Source: Spirochaetota bacterium
GTDB taxonomy: Bacteria; Spirochaetota; UBA4802; UBA5550
Length of the DNA stretch: 64,000 nucleotides
Direction: 5' to 3'
Assembly: GCA_963663865.1 (NCBI GenBank)
Contig: OY760686.1
Coordinates: 2,048,001-2,112,000, forward strand
The translations under genes and the position numbers were made by a program. The notes below the pieces were generated by a model. The model did no database searches and had not been told where the DNA came from. It saw only the letters and a list, made by a program, of their open reading frames with translations. Position 1 is the first letter of the stretch, and each line of letters begins with the position of its first letter. This document shows, piece by piece, positions 1-10,072 of the stretch.

Positions 1-2
1 AT

Positions 3-182
3 TCGCCGGACACGACGGAGCTTTTAAAGCATGCTATTCGCAAAGGTTGTAAAACGGTGAAAGGTATAGACATGCTTATCCATCAGGGAATAGCTCAGTT
101 TGAAATATGGACAGGATTTAAGCCTCCATACGAACTTATTCTTGATGCTCTTAAGCCCTACCTGGATGTGGACAATGAATGA
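3..182 (+). CDS. aroE: Shikimate dehydrogenase, 3' fragment (truncated by window start)
   Basis: Manual translation, not in ORF track: SPDTTELLKHAIRKGCKTVKGIDMLIHQGIAQFEIWTG...DNE*. Matches the AroE C-terminal GxxMLxxQxxxQFxxWTG motif. Stop overlaps folC start. Confidence 0.85.
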   Translation, partial: SPDTTELLKHAIRKGCKTVKGIDMLIHQGIAQFEIWTGFKPPYELILDALKPYLDVDNE

Positions 183-1470
183 AAACGAATTATCTTCACT
201 AAATAATTTCATAAATAATGAAAAGAGAACCGACTATAAAGGATACAGTCCCGAAAACATCAGGTTTCTTCTTGAAAAAGCGGGGAATCCGCATCACCGA
301 TTAAAAACAGTACATATAGCCGGTACAAACGGTAAGGGAAGCACTGCTCATTACCTTTCATCAATTTTTTCTATTTCAGGATATAGTTGCGGACTTTACA
401 CATCTCCGCACCTTCTTGAACTCAATGAAAGGATAAGCATAAATGGAGAGCAAATATCCGATAACGCTTTAAGCGATATCATAGATGAAACGGTATCAAA
501 TGCATCTGAGCTCCCCGAAAAACCTACATTTTTTGATATACTTACCTGCGCCGCACTTGTATACTTTGATAGAATGAAAGTCGACATAGCTGTGATTGAA
601 GCTGGTTTGGGCGGAAGACTTGACTCGACAAATCAGATAATTCCTGAACTGTCTATTATAACAAGCATTTCGCTTGATCACACTTCCGTTCTCGGCGATA
701 CTGTTGAAAAGATAGCGGCTGAAAAAGCAGGAATAATAAAGCAGGGTGTTCCGGTTCTATATAGCACACTACTTCCAGAAGTATCATCGATAATATCTTC
801 AAAAGCTTCAGAACTTAATGCCCCTTCCTTTCAGCTTTCCGAGCAAAATTATACTTATTCAAAGTCATCTAAATCTGTTTTCTCCATCAAAATCGGAAAC
901 CGCGAGACCTTTTTCAGCGGTATATTGCTTAAGAACATTGGACGAAGTTTTTCCCTTAACGCGAGAATCGCAGCTAACGCTGCCCTTATCCTGTCCTCTT
1001 TATACCGGAGAATCACTGTTGATACTATAATCAATGGTTTGAACTCAACGATAGTTCCCGGTAGATTTGAGGTTTTATTAAATGATCCAGTTGTGATTTT
1101 CGACCCGGCTCACAATCCAGAGGCTGTAAAAGAGTTGTGTGAGACTGTCAAATCTGAATTCCCAGATGTCATTATTAACCCGGTAGTTTCACTGATGAAG
1201 GATAAGAATTTCGTAGAAATACTTGAAATATTACATCAAAACTTTAGAAATATCATCTTTTGTGAACTCGAGGATGAAAGATCTTTAAAAAAAACAGAAT
1301 TACCTGCAAACCACAACATAGAGTCAATCGGAGTTGAAGAAATTGATAGAATATTATTAAGCAGCATTTCTCACAGAAAACTTCTGCTTTTTACCGGTTC
1401 ATTCCGATTATATAAATATGTTAAAGAATCTGTAAATCGAATCCTTATAAGCGGAAACAGTCATGAGTGA
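175..1470 (+). CDS. folC: Folylpolyglutamate synthase/dihydrofolate synthase
   Basis: VHIAGTNGKGST, YTSPHL, EAGLGGRLDSTN, IAAEKAGIIK, DPAHN motifs. Start moved to ATG 175, coupled to aroE. Confidence 0.95.
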   Translation: MNENELSSLNNFINNEKRTDYKGYSPENIRFLLEKAGNPHHRLKTVHIAGTNGKGSTAHYLSSIFSISGYSCGLYTSPHLLELNERISINGEQISDNALSDIIDETVSNASELPEKPTFFDILTCAALVYFDRMKVDIAVIEAGLGGRLDSTNQIIPELSIITSISLDHTSVLGDTVEKIAAEKAGIIKQGVPVLYSTLLPEVSSIISSKASELNAPSFQLSEQNYTYSKSSKSVFSIKIGNRETFFSGILLKNIGRSFSLNARIAANAALILSSLYRRITVDTIINGLNSTIVPGRFEVLLNDPVVIFDPAHNPEAVKELCETVKSEFPDVIINPVVSLMKDKNFVEILEILHQNFRNIIFCELEDERSLKKTELPANHNIESIGVEEIDRILLSSISHRKLLLFTGSFRLYKYVKESVNRILISGNSHE

Positions 1471-2383
1471 AATTAAAATAAATGAACACAACCGCGACCT
1501 TCTGGTCGATATACGAAATACTATTAAGTCTTTAGTTGATGGTTCAATTTCAATTGAAACGGCTTCATTGCAGTTTAAAAGGCTCAACCAGAGATATGAA
1601 AGCCTTTTAGAAAAAAAACCTGAGCGCCCGTCAAACATTCTCAATCTGCTCTGCGCAGCACATACAGGTGAAAACTTTTCGAAGTATTCCGGAATTTGGG
1701 AGATTAACGAATCAGATATCAGGCCGCTATACGAATCAGGCATTTCCAAAATAAGGGATGCATCGCTGAATTTCCTGAAGAATGCTGAAGAATTTGACAT
1801 AGCATTGGACCATTCAGAACTTACCATGCACGGAACAGAGAATGAATACAGATTAATACTCGATAAAATCAAAACAGATTCACCCGGCCTGTTTGCCGTA
1901 TGTGTTACCTCGTCTCCATATTTTTCACTGAATAGATTTACAATATTCAGCACGATCTGTTGTCAGTTGGTTTCTTTAACAGAATTCAATGAGATCGAAG
2001 ACAGCTGCGACTATCTTGATTCAGTCTGCAAATCAATTGACCAGTATTTGAAAAACAACATAAAGTCAGGTTCAGCAACTCTAATTAAGCTTTACCGCTT
2101 TGAGGATCTGACGAGTGCCTTCAGCCACTTTGGAACCCGAGAAATGCTTGGCATTATGGAACGCATTCTTTTTTATTTGAGAAACAATTATGGATACACC
2201 TCGTTAATCCAGTCTGTTTCCCCTGAGCTATATATTGTCGTCGTTCCGGAGAAAAACAATATTCCAGCAAAAAACCAGCCTTTTAGCATAAAAGGCATAT
2301 CCGTTCCTTATGTCGTCAAGGAAACAGCTGTTTATAACTTTATTCCATCAAAATTGCTGCTTAACTATATTATTTCTGATTAA
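1463..2383 (+). CDS. Hypothetical protein, possible degenerate GGDEF-like C-terminal domain
   Basis: 306-aa ORF overlapping folC stop; C-terminus FEDLTSAFSHFG...SVSPELYIVVVP has GGDEF-fold-like spacing without the catalytic motif. Confidence 0.55.
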   Translation: MSEIKINEHNRDLLVDIRNTIKSLVDGSISIETASLQFKRLNQRYESLLEKKPERPSNILNLLCAAHTGENFSKYSGIWEINESDIRPLYESGISKIRDASLNFLKNAEEFDIALDHSELTMHGTENEYRLILDKIKTDSPGLFAVCVTSSPYFSLNRFTIFSTICCQLVSLTEFNEIEDSCDYLDSVCKSIDQYLKNNIKSGSATLIKLYRFEDLTSAFSHFGTREMLGIMERILFYLRNNYGYTSLIQSVSPELYIVVVPEKNNIPAKNQPFSIKGISVPYVVKETAVYNFIPSKLLLNYIISD

Positions 2384-2388
2384 CAATT

Positions 2389-4473
2389 TCATGCAGGATT
2401 TGATACAATCTGAGATTCTCCGCTGGTCATCGCCGACTTAATTGTTTCAGAAAGTTCTCCTGCAGTCTTGCATCGCTTTGTAAACTCTGAAAGAAAATGA
2501 ATATCGGAAATGTTTATCTCATAATCACGCCCAGTCATATCAACTATTGATGATTTATTATTCCCGGCGGGACTTTTACACACAGCCACTGGTACAAGCG
2601 CAATTTCGATAGTGTGTTTAAACATGGTATTGGCGAGTATATCATAAAAACGCGCAGAGTCAACATCTTTACCGGCTTCTTCTTCATTGCCATGTTCGGT
2701 TCCGGTGAAGAAGAGAAGCGGAACGCCATTTTCGATCATTGTAGATAGATACTTAGCGACAGATTCGCGATATACACGGTTATGCAGTCTTGTTTCGTCG
2801 ACTACAAAGCCTCCTGCGGATTTAAGTATGAACCTGTGTAAGCGGCCCTTGACCGCGCTCCTGCTCACGTAGAACCTCGGCAGCGGCATGCCTTTAATAT
2901 CAAGGGAGTGTATAATGGCCATGAAGTCATATCGGTTACTGAAAGGTGCGGCGTAAATAATGTTGGTAGAATCCTTCAGAGAACTTATTTCAGAAAAATT
3001 ACCATTCACAGTAACGAAAAAATTCCCTGTTAAAAGTGTGCCCACAAAACCTGCGGCCCGTAATCCAAAAAGAAATATCCTGCTGAAAAAATAATTATAC
3101 CTGTCCGCAATCCTTTTTGAGTAATAGGATGAAAGCTGTTTTAATGTTTTTTTGAAGTTTTGAGCTGAAATTTTTGATATCAGGTTTAATTCCCGTCTGC
3201 TTTTTCTGTCATCCACGATATTTTCTGCAAAGAGCTTCAGCTCTCCAACAATGGTTTCCTGACTTTCACTGTCGGATCCTGTAAAGCTGTCGACTACCCG
3301 CTCTGATATTATATCACCAAAGACGCTTCCCTGTGTGTACTCAAGCCCCCTCTTTCTTGTTCCGATCTGGATTTTTGTCTGTGAATAAATTTCATCAAAT
3401 TTTTCAGGATTCTTTATTGTTTCAATCAGCAGCGAAGGATCCTTTTTATTCAGAAGAATTTCATAAAGAGAGCGGTAAACGGGTATGGAGATGCTGTTCT
3501 TTTCAGCCAGTTCAATCAGTGGTTCAATTGAATATGCACCCTCCACCAGATAATCAAGGTTCTCACTCATTTTCTGAATGACAAACTGGGGTTTAAACTT
3601 GAGGATAAGCCTGTCAATAAAGTCAGGACTTTTACCTCTCGAAAGAATATGCTTTCCGATATCCAATCCGAATCGTCTATTCCTGCTATGGGGACTCAAA
3701 GCTGTTGTGACTAAATCGCCAAGACCGGATATATCTATAACAGTTTCTTCCCTGGCCTTGAAAATTCTGCTCAGATTTATCATTTCCTTCAGTGCCTCTG
3801 ATATCAAAGCCCCGCTCAGATTATCACCGCAGGAAGGCAAAACGCCAATAATCCCTGCTGCGATAGCCGCAGGATTTTTCAGAGTACCGCCTAATTCAAC
3901 ACCGACAATATCGTCCGTTGTTCTGCATTGGATATAATCGCATGTAATCAAGAATGCCGCTATATCCCTTCCCTTTTTATTCTTACTCCCGACATTGAGG
4001 CATGTATGATATCGTTTTGACACCTCCTCAGCGTGACTGGGACCTGATATGGCAACAACCTTTCCTTTAACCCGTGGGACCGTCTTCTCTATTGACTGAG
4101 AAATGGTGTATATCTCACCGCCAATTTTACAAAATCCCTTTGTGAGAAAGCCAACAAACATATCCCGGGTAATAAAACGCCTCAGCCGATGGAGAATATC
4201 AACAAGTACCTTGGAAGGCGTCGCGAAAATAATCATATCAGCGCCGACAGCCGAATCCTTCAGGCTGCCCGTACATTCGATATTGTCGGGAAGAACAACG
4301 CCCGGGAGAAATCTTTCATTGATTCTCCTGCTGTTTACTGAAGAGACCACTTCCTTCTCAAATGCCCAGAGAGAAACATTCACTTCCGGATGATTTTCGG
4401 CGATAATGACAGCTACTGATGTTCCCCATGAGCCGGCGCCTATAATCGATACTTTTGACACTTCGGTATTCAA
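2389..4473 (-). CDS. gpsA: NAD(P)H-dependent glycerol-3-phosphate dehydrogenase fused to a C-terminal acyltransferase-like domain
   Basis: IIGAGSWGT, SGPSHAEEV, GVELGGTLKN, GLGDLVTT, SRNRRFG motifs; roughly 330 extra C-terminal aa resembling PlsB/PlsC. Confidence 0.9.
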   Translation of the reverse strand: MNTEVSKVSIIGAGSWGTSVAVIIAENHPEVNVSLWAFEKEVVSSVNSRRINERFLPGVVLPDNIECTGSLKDSAVGADMIIFATPSKVLVDILHRLRRFITRDMFVGFLTKGFCKIGGEIYTISQSIEKTVPRVKGKVVAISGPSHAEEVSKRYHTCLNVGSKNKKGRDIAAFLITCDYIQCRTTDDIVGVELGGTLKNPAAIAAGIIGVLPSCGDNLSGALISEALKEMINLSRIFKAREETVIDISGLGDLVTTALSPHSRNRRFGLDIGKHILSRGKSPDFIDRLILKFKPQFVIQKMSENLDYLVEGAYSIEPLIELAEKNSISIPVYRSLYEILLNKKDPSLLIETIKNPEKFDEIYSQTKIQIGTRKRGLEYTQGSVFGDIISERVVDSFTGSDSESQETIVGELKLFAENIVDDRKSRRELNLISKISAQNFKKTLKQLSSYYSKRIADRYNYFFSRIFLFGLRAAGFVGTLLTGNFFVTVNGNFSEISSLKDSTNIIYAAPFSNRYDFMAIIHSLDIKGMPLPRFYVSRSAVKGRLHRFILKSAGGFVVDETRLHNRVYRESVAKYLSTMIENGVPLLFFTGTEHGNEEEAGKDVDSARFYDILANTMFKHTIEIALVPVAVCKSPAGNNKSSIVDMTGRDYEINISDIHFLSEFTKRCKTAGELSETIKSAMTSGESQIVSNPA

Positions 4474-4547
4474 GTTCTATCTCCGTTTCATGTTTATTTC
4501 CGAGACAAATAGTTCCGAATCGGGGAAACGCAGAACTGCATGCTACT

Positions 4548-6320
4548 CTACATGTAGTCCAGATAATCTTTGAGCTTTCTTGCGCGGGTTGGATGACGCA
4601 GTCTCCGAAGGGCCTTTGCCTCTATCTGTCTGATTCGCTCACGGGTGACCTTAAAGACGTAGCCTACTTCCTCAAGGGTGTGTGAATATCCGTCGTCGAG
4701 GCCGAACCGCATTCTGATAACCTTCTGTTCTCTCGCAGGCAGAGTGCTGAGGACTGTCGATATCTGTTCATGAAGCAATCTATATGCGGCAGTGTTTACA
4801 GGAGAATCGACCTCTTTGTCCTCAATGAAATCGCCGAGAAGTGAATCCTCTTCCTCTCCAACAGGGGTCTCAAGTGAAATAGGCTCCCTTGCTACATTCT
4901 TTACCGCTTTTACCTTTGTAACAGGCCAGCCCAGCCTTGTCGCAAGTTCTTCAGGATTTGGCTCCCTGCCGAACTCCTGCTGAAAAAGCCTTGTTTCGCG
5001 CATAACCTTGTTTATCTGCTCAATCATGTGAACAGGAACCCTTATGGTTCTTGCCTGATCAGAAATAGCCCTGGTTATCGCCTGTCGAATCCACCAGGTT
5101 GCATAAGTTGAAAATTTATAGCCTTTGCGATATTCAAACTTGTCGACCGCCTTGATCAGTCCAATATTTCCTTCCTGTATCAGATCAAAGAAATGCATTC
5201 CGCGGTTCGCGTATTTCTTTGCAATTGAGACAACAAGCCTGAGGTTGGCATTTATCAGTTCTTTTTTAGCGATAGAGATTTTTCTCTGTCCCTGTGAAAT
5301 CATCTTGCCCCAATCGAGAATTTCGTCAGCCTCAGCACCTGCTTCCTGTTCAATCCTTCTGATCTTTCGCTCATTATTGCGAATATCCTTGACAATCTCA
5401 AGCAGATCCTCCGTTGAAGAAAGACCAAGATCCTTCATGATCTCCTGCTCATCCTCGCCTTTCTCAACCTTTCTGGCATAATGCTTAAGTTCTTTTATAT
5501 CCTTGTTGAACTGTTTTTCTATGACATTAAAAAAGGAACATGTATCCTTCACCCGCGACACCATAGATTGAATTTTATGGGCAAGTTTACCTATTTCTGC
5601 TTCATTAATCCCGATTTCAGCAACTGCTTTTTTAATATTCTCTGTTGATTTCAACTTCTGTTCAAGAACGGTTTCGTATTCCTTGCTCCCTTCGTCGAGT
5701 TTTTTTAATTTGCTCGTAAGCTTGAGTACCCGGTTATCCTCTTCAATGATAGTCTTCATCTTTTCATTGTAACGCTTCTCAAGCTCCTGCAGGTCGACTG
5801 AGGAAAAATAGTAAAGCCTGTTAACCTTTAGAATGTCTGTGATTTTAATCTTATTAGATTTGACTTTCGGATGATTTTTTATTAAGTCGTTGATAAGAAG
5901 ACTTGAGTTGATTACCGCCTTCTCAATCATTATTTCTCCATCTTCAATTCTTCTGGCAAGATCAACCTCCTGGTCTCCCGATAGAAGAGAAACTCTTCCG
6001 ATTTCTTTAAGATAAAGCCGGATGGGGTCATCTATATGTGATGCATCCTCTGCGGTTGAAGAGGCTTTTTTTGAAGAAGTGCTCTTTTTTTTCGGCTCCG
6101 GTGCCGCAGACTGCTGTATCTTTCGGGAAGCTTCCTCAACAATTTCAATACCAAGTTGATTTAAAAGAATAAAAATATCGTCAATTTTATCCGAGTTAAG
6201 CAGCTTATCCGGGAGTGTGTCATTTAATTCGTCGTAAGTTATCTCTCCATTCGTCTTTCCAAGATCGATAAGTTTTTTTACTTCCTCGATGTTTTCTAAA
6301 ACCAGGTCGTTTTTGCTCAT
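4548..6320 (-). CDS. rpoD: RNA polymerase primary sigma factor sigma70
   Basis: [58 protein letters not shown]; downstream of dnaG. Confidence 0.98.
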   Translation of the reverse strand: MSKNDLVLENIEEVKKLIDLGKTNGEITYDELNDTLPDKLLNSDKIDDIFILLNQLGIEIVEEASRKIQQSAAPEPKKKSTSSKKASSTAEDASHIDDPIRLYLKEIGRVSLLSGDQEVDLARRIEDGEIMIEKAVINSSLLINDLIKNHPKVKSNKIKITDILKVNRLYYFSSVDLQELEKRYNEKMKTIIEEDNRVLKLTSKLKKLDEGSKEYETVLEQKLKSTENIKKAVAEIGINEAEIGKLAHKIQSMVSRVKDTCSFFNVIEKQFNKDIKELKHYARKVEKGEDEQEIMKDLGLSSTEDLLEIVKDIRNNERKIRRIEQEAGAEADEILDWGKMISQGQRKISIAKKELINANLRLVVSIAKKYANRGMHFFDLIQEGNIGLIKAVDKFEYRKGYKFSTYATWWIRQAITRAISDQARTIRVPVHMIEQINKVMRETRLFQQEFGREPNPEELATRLGWPVTKVKAVKNVAREPISLETPVGEEEDSLLGDFIEDKEVDSPVNTAAYRLLHEQISTVLSTLPAREQKVIRMRFGLDDGYSHTLEEVGYVFKVTRERIRQIEAKALRRLRHPTRARKLKDYLDYM

Positions 6321-6426
6321 GGATTCTTCCTTAAAAAATTTTAATATACTGACATTGTGAGATATTTCATTATGATAAATACAAAAAGTCTAATCTTGAC
6401 TCAAATCCACGGAATATTTGCTGAAG

Positions 6427-8217
6427 TTAAACAATCCTCTTCGCGGTTTTTCCCCGGTCATAGAGGTATGAAGACAGCTTTTCCTTCTCCCTCCTGAGAA
6501 CTTCAATCTCAGTCAGAAACTGATCACCACCGGCTCCTGAAGAGCTGACAAGACCGGCATATTCATTTATTTTTTGATCAATTTCATAAAGTTTCATGTT
6601 CAAATATATCTCTGAATAGGCCTTAAGAGGATCATCAGTTTTGAAGCCTGTATTAAGCGCATAGTTGAGAAAGTCTAATTCTAAACCAGCACCTAAATAG
6701 TCAAATACTTTATATATCTCAAAATTTGCTCCGCTTTTATAAATTTCGGCAAAAGCTTGAAGTATTTTTGAAGAAATTTCGTCATCAATCGTGCTGAAAT
6801 CAAAATCTATTACCGCGTTTTTAATAAGCTCCGGATAATTGCTCAACAGGATTACGATATCCCTGTAGCCTCTTTTCTCAAAATTGTCTGTTTCAAAAAC
6901 CTTTTTTCCCCTGTTTCTGTTTTCCAGCTGTCCGCTATTATCCTTTTGATATCTGCTGAAGTCTTTCCTCAGTGAATCTTCATTTATCCCCGTCATTGAA
7001 GATATTTTCTTTAGATATATCGCTCTTTCCGATTCAAGACGCATATCTTTAAGCACTTCAAACATCCCCATAATAACGGTCAGAGGGTCTTTACCACGGC
7101 CCGCCAATGCTGTCATTTCAAGACGGAAATCAGCCGGTTTAAGGGCATTATCCACTACTATCATGAACTCGCGAACACCTTTTTCAAGGATATAGTCAAA
7201 CGGATCACCCTCTGGAAGCCTTGCCACCCTCACGTCGATGCTGACCGAGGCCGCTACCGTAAGCGACTTCAGAGCTGCATTCATGCCTGCTGAATCTGAA
7301 TCAAAAAGATATATCACCTCTGAACAAAAACGTGAAAGCGACCTTATATGCGCTTCGGTAAGCGCCGTCCCGAGAGGGGCGACAACATTGCATATCCCCT
7401 CCTGGTGGCATCCTATTACGTCAAGGTATCCTTCAACAATAATGGCTCTGTTCAGCTCTCTGATATGCTCCTGCGCCACATTAAGACCATAAAGGACATC
7501 CCGCTTCCTGAAAACAATCGATTCTGGAGAATTAAGATACTTCGGAGTTGAATTATCAATTGAGCGTCCTCCAAAAGCTATGGGACGGGACCTCCGGTCA
7601 AATATGGGGAAAATAACCCTGTTGCGAAAACGGTCATACCGGAGTGACGGATTCTTCTGGGACACACTTAGTATGCCAAGCTCTTCACATAGCTTCATGT
7701 CCGCTTTTTTAGATAAAAGCCTTGAAGATATATGCGACCATTCATCAGGTGCATAACCGAGAGAAAACCTCTCAATAGTCTCAGGCTTCAGACCTCTATT
7801 CAAAAAGTATTCATAACCAGTTTTCCCCGCCTGACTCGAAATAATACGCTGGTAAAGCCTCATTACGTAAGTGTTTATGCGTAGAGCCTCATCCTCCCTT
7901 GTTCTTTGCGGATCTTTTTGCGTTTCTTCAATTTCCATCCCGAGGATTGAGGCTAAAAGCTTTACACTTTCCGGGAAATCAATGTTTTCAATTTTCTGCA
8001 GAAACGTGTAAACATTTCCGCCGGTGTGACATCCGAAACAATAAAAGATCTGCTTTTCAGGTGTCACAGTAAAAGATGGTGTCTTTTCTTTATGAAAAGG
8101 GCATAATCCGATATAGTTCTTACCTTTTTTTTTGAGAGTAGGAACATAACGTGTCACTATGTCCTGTATCTGACAACGGTCACGAATACTATCCGCGATA
8201 TCTCTGGATATAAACAA
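6427..8217 (-). CDS. dnaG: DNA primase
   Basis: CPFHKEKTPSF...CFGC zinc finger, DRFRNRVIFPI, PKYLNSPE, VEGYLDV TOPRIM, DSDSAG. Confidence 0.97.
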   Translation of the reverse strand: MFISRDIADSIRDRCQIQDIVTRYVPTLKKKGKNYIGLCPFHKEKTPSFTVTPEKQIFYCFGCHTGGNVYTFLQKIENIDFPESVKLLASILGMEIEETQKDPQRTREDEALRINTYVMRLYQRIISSQAGKTGYEYFLNRGLKPETIERFSLGYAPDEWSHISSRLLSKKADMKLCEELGILSVSQKNPSLRYDRFRNRVIFPIFDRRSRPIAFGGRSIDNSTPKYLNSPESIVFRKRDVLYGLNVAQEHIRELNRAIIVEGYLDVIGCHQEGICNVVAPLGTALTEAHIRSLSRFCSEVIYLFDSDSAGMNAALKSLTVAASVSIDVRVARLPEGDPFDYILEKGVREFMIVVDNALKPADFRLEMTALAGRGKDPLTVIMGMFEVLKDMRLESERAIYLKKISSMTGINEDSLRKDFSRYQKDNSGQLENRNRGKKVFETDNFEKRGYRDIVILLSNYPELIKNAVIDFDFSTIDDEISSKILQAFAEIYKSGANFEIYKVFDYLGAGLELDFLNYALNTGFKTDDPLKAYSEIYLNMKLYEIDQKINEYAGLVSSSGAGGDQFLTEIEVLRREKEKLSSYLYDRGKTAKRIV

Positions 8218-8436
8218 TAGCCTGTTCCTGAATTCGGATATAAGAGAAGCTGTTATTGAAGCGACATTATCTCATTAATATTAATAATAAAACACACCTT
8301 TCGTCAATACGAGTACAGTTATTTTTTTTATTAATATCACTTCAAGGGTGAATCGCAGCGCCTTCACTCTCTATATGTGTTTTTTTAACAAAATTATTCT
8401 TCAATTTAAGCATTTTGAACGCGAACCTGACACATC

Positions 8437-8464
8437 TCAAGCAACTAAAACATATGTCCGATAA
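8437..8464 (+). promoter_or_regulatory. Putative sigma28 (FliA)-like promoter TCAA-N16-TCCGATAA
   Basis: Resembles TAAA-N15/16-GCCGATAA; same spacer as sites at 25033-25060 and 53700-53727. Confidence 0.45.
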
Positions 8465-8595
8465 TTAATAAAGGATAAAAAAGCAAACAGTATTATGCTT
8501 GTGCGAAAAGATATAAAATATGATATTGCTATTTGTTTCTGTATGGGCTATCAGCCTCACATTTCACAAAATGTTAAATCAACGACGGAGAACTT

Positions 8596-9576
8596 ATGAA
8601 GAAACTTTACACTATTGCAGCGCTTGCAGCTGCAACAGCGCTATTTCTGGTGTTTCAGGAAAAACTGACTGATGCCAGTGAAAGTAAAACTCAGCAGATC
8701 GACAGTATAACAGATAACTCTCAACAGCAGTACCGCTACCCGGAGTTCTACAAAGGGATATATCTCAATGTAGCTGCTTCAAGAAACCTTGAGGCTTTAA
8801 AGCTTTACGCTGATAAGGCTAAAAAGGCGGGCATCAACACCTTCGTCCTGGACACTCAGGCAGGCAGGCTTACAGACTGCGCAGTACCCGCTGAAAATGT
8901 AAAATATCTCATCAAAGAAGGAATACACCCGGTAGCAAGGGTCGTGGTCTTTCCCGAAGGCCTCAGAGACTACCCTGCTCCCGAATCACTCATCAATTCA
9001 AGGATACAGAACGCTCTAACGGCATGTGAAGCAGGATTCAAGGAAATACAGTTCGACTATATACGCTTCAATGACTCAAACAGGCTTAAACACCTCACTC
9101 TGGCTAAAAGATACGCATATGTGGAAAAGTTCATCACAGATGCGCGTGAAAAACTTAAAAAATACGATGTAAAAATAGCGGCAGATGTTTTCGGAAGAAT
9201 TCCACTTAACACCAACGATTTAATCGGACAGAAAATGGAGAGCCTCGATAAGGTGGTTGATATGATATGCCCAATGGCCTATCCGTCACATTACACCTGG
9301 AGCAAAAAAATGCAGCATGACCCTTATTACACAGTCTATAAAACGTCAAAGCGCGCGGTGGAAAGAACCCGTCAGGCTGAAATTGTGACATATATTCAGG
9401 CGTTTAAAATGAAGCTCGGACCGAACAACTATCACCACTACATAAAAGAACAGATAAAAGCAGTGCACGACTCAGGGGCAAAGGGATACATCCTGTGGAA
9501 TGCCAGACACGCCTATGATACCGCCTTTGATGCCGCAAAAACATATTACAGCGAAACCGCAAAGAAAAACTTATAG
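8596..9576 (+). CDS. Exported putative glycoside hydrolase (DUF4015-like TIM barrel)
   Basis: N-terminal signal/TM; KGIYL, ARVVVF, GFKEIQFDYIRF, AADVFG, IGQ, PMAYPSHY, YIQAF, GYILWNA. Confidence 0.8.
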   Translation: MKKLYTIAALAAATALFLVFQEKLTDASESKTQQIDSITDNSQQQYRYPEFYKGIYLNVAASRNLEALKLYADKAKKAGINTFVLDTQAGRLTDCAVPAENVKYLIKEGIHPVARVVVFPEGLRDYPAPESLINSRIQNALTACEAGFKEIQFDYIRFNDSNRLKHLTLAKRYAYVEKFITDAREKLKKYDVKIAADVFGRIPLNTNDLIGQKMESLDKVVDMICPMAYPSHYTWSKKMQHDPYYTVYKTSKRAVERTRQAEIVTYIQAFKMKLGPNNYHHYIKEQIKAVHDSGAKGYILWNARHAYDTAFDAAKTYYSETAKKNL

Positions 9577-9586
9577 CAACGTCTAC

Positions 9587-9611
9587 CGGGGCTGGCTGTC
9601 GAAGCAGCCCC
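9587..9611. terminator. GC-rich hairpin between convergent genes
   Basis: GGGGCTG...CAGCCCC inverted repeat; no clear U-tract. Confidence 0.4.
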
Positions 9612-10072
9612 TAATACACCTTAATGCTGTATTCAGCAGCCCCGTCCTTTTTGCCGGTCACAACGACTTCTGTTGTTTTTCCGCTTTCAACAACAATATA
9701 GCAATATGAAGGCTTGAGCTGATTGATATTATTCAGCTTAACATATTCTCCCTGTTCCGCGTTCAGTGCCCATTTCTCCAGCATAATGAGATGCCTGTTG
9801 GGTAAAACGCTGGTCTCATATGTCTTATACTGAGACTCAAGCCCGGTCGTAGTCCTGCCGGTTTCCAGCTTATTCATATAGATCCTGTAGAAAACCCTTC
9901 TGTCTTCAGAAGGCCCGTCAATACCGCTGTCGATTACCTTCAGCAAGAGTCTCCCTTTTTCTGTTTCTGTTTCTCTTTCTGTTTCAGATTGATCCGAAAT
10001 ATGTCTTACAGCCGTAGAACATCCGGACAATATTATTACAATTATTATAAATATTAATCTTTTAAAAATCAC
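9611..10072 (-). CDS. Hypothetical lipoprotein
   Basis: Hydrophobic signal ending LSGC (lipobox); overlaps stop of upstream gene. Confidence 0.7.
   Translation of the reverse strand: MIFKRLIFIIIVIILSGCSTAVRHISDQSETERETETEKGRLLLKVIDSGIDGPSEDRRVFYRIYMNKLETGRTTTGLESQYKTYETSVLPNRHLIMLEKWALNAEQGEYVKLNNINQLKPSYCYIVVESGKTTEVVVTGKKDGAAEYSIKVY

Noticed and set aside
8218-8595. rpsU or an ncRNA upstream of dnaG
   Set aside because: No S21-like ORF; only a weak hairpin (GGGTGAA/TTCACTC near 8346-8369) in an AT-rich divergent promoter region.
9958-9986. TTTCTG-type short tandem repeat
   Set aside because: Encodes a low-complexity ETERETETE lipoprotein linker in frame; imperfect, so unlikely to drive phase variation.
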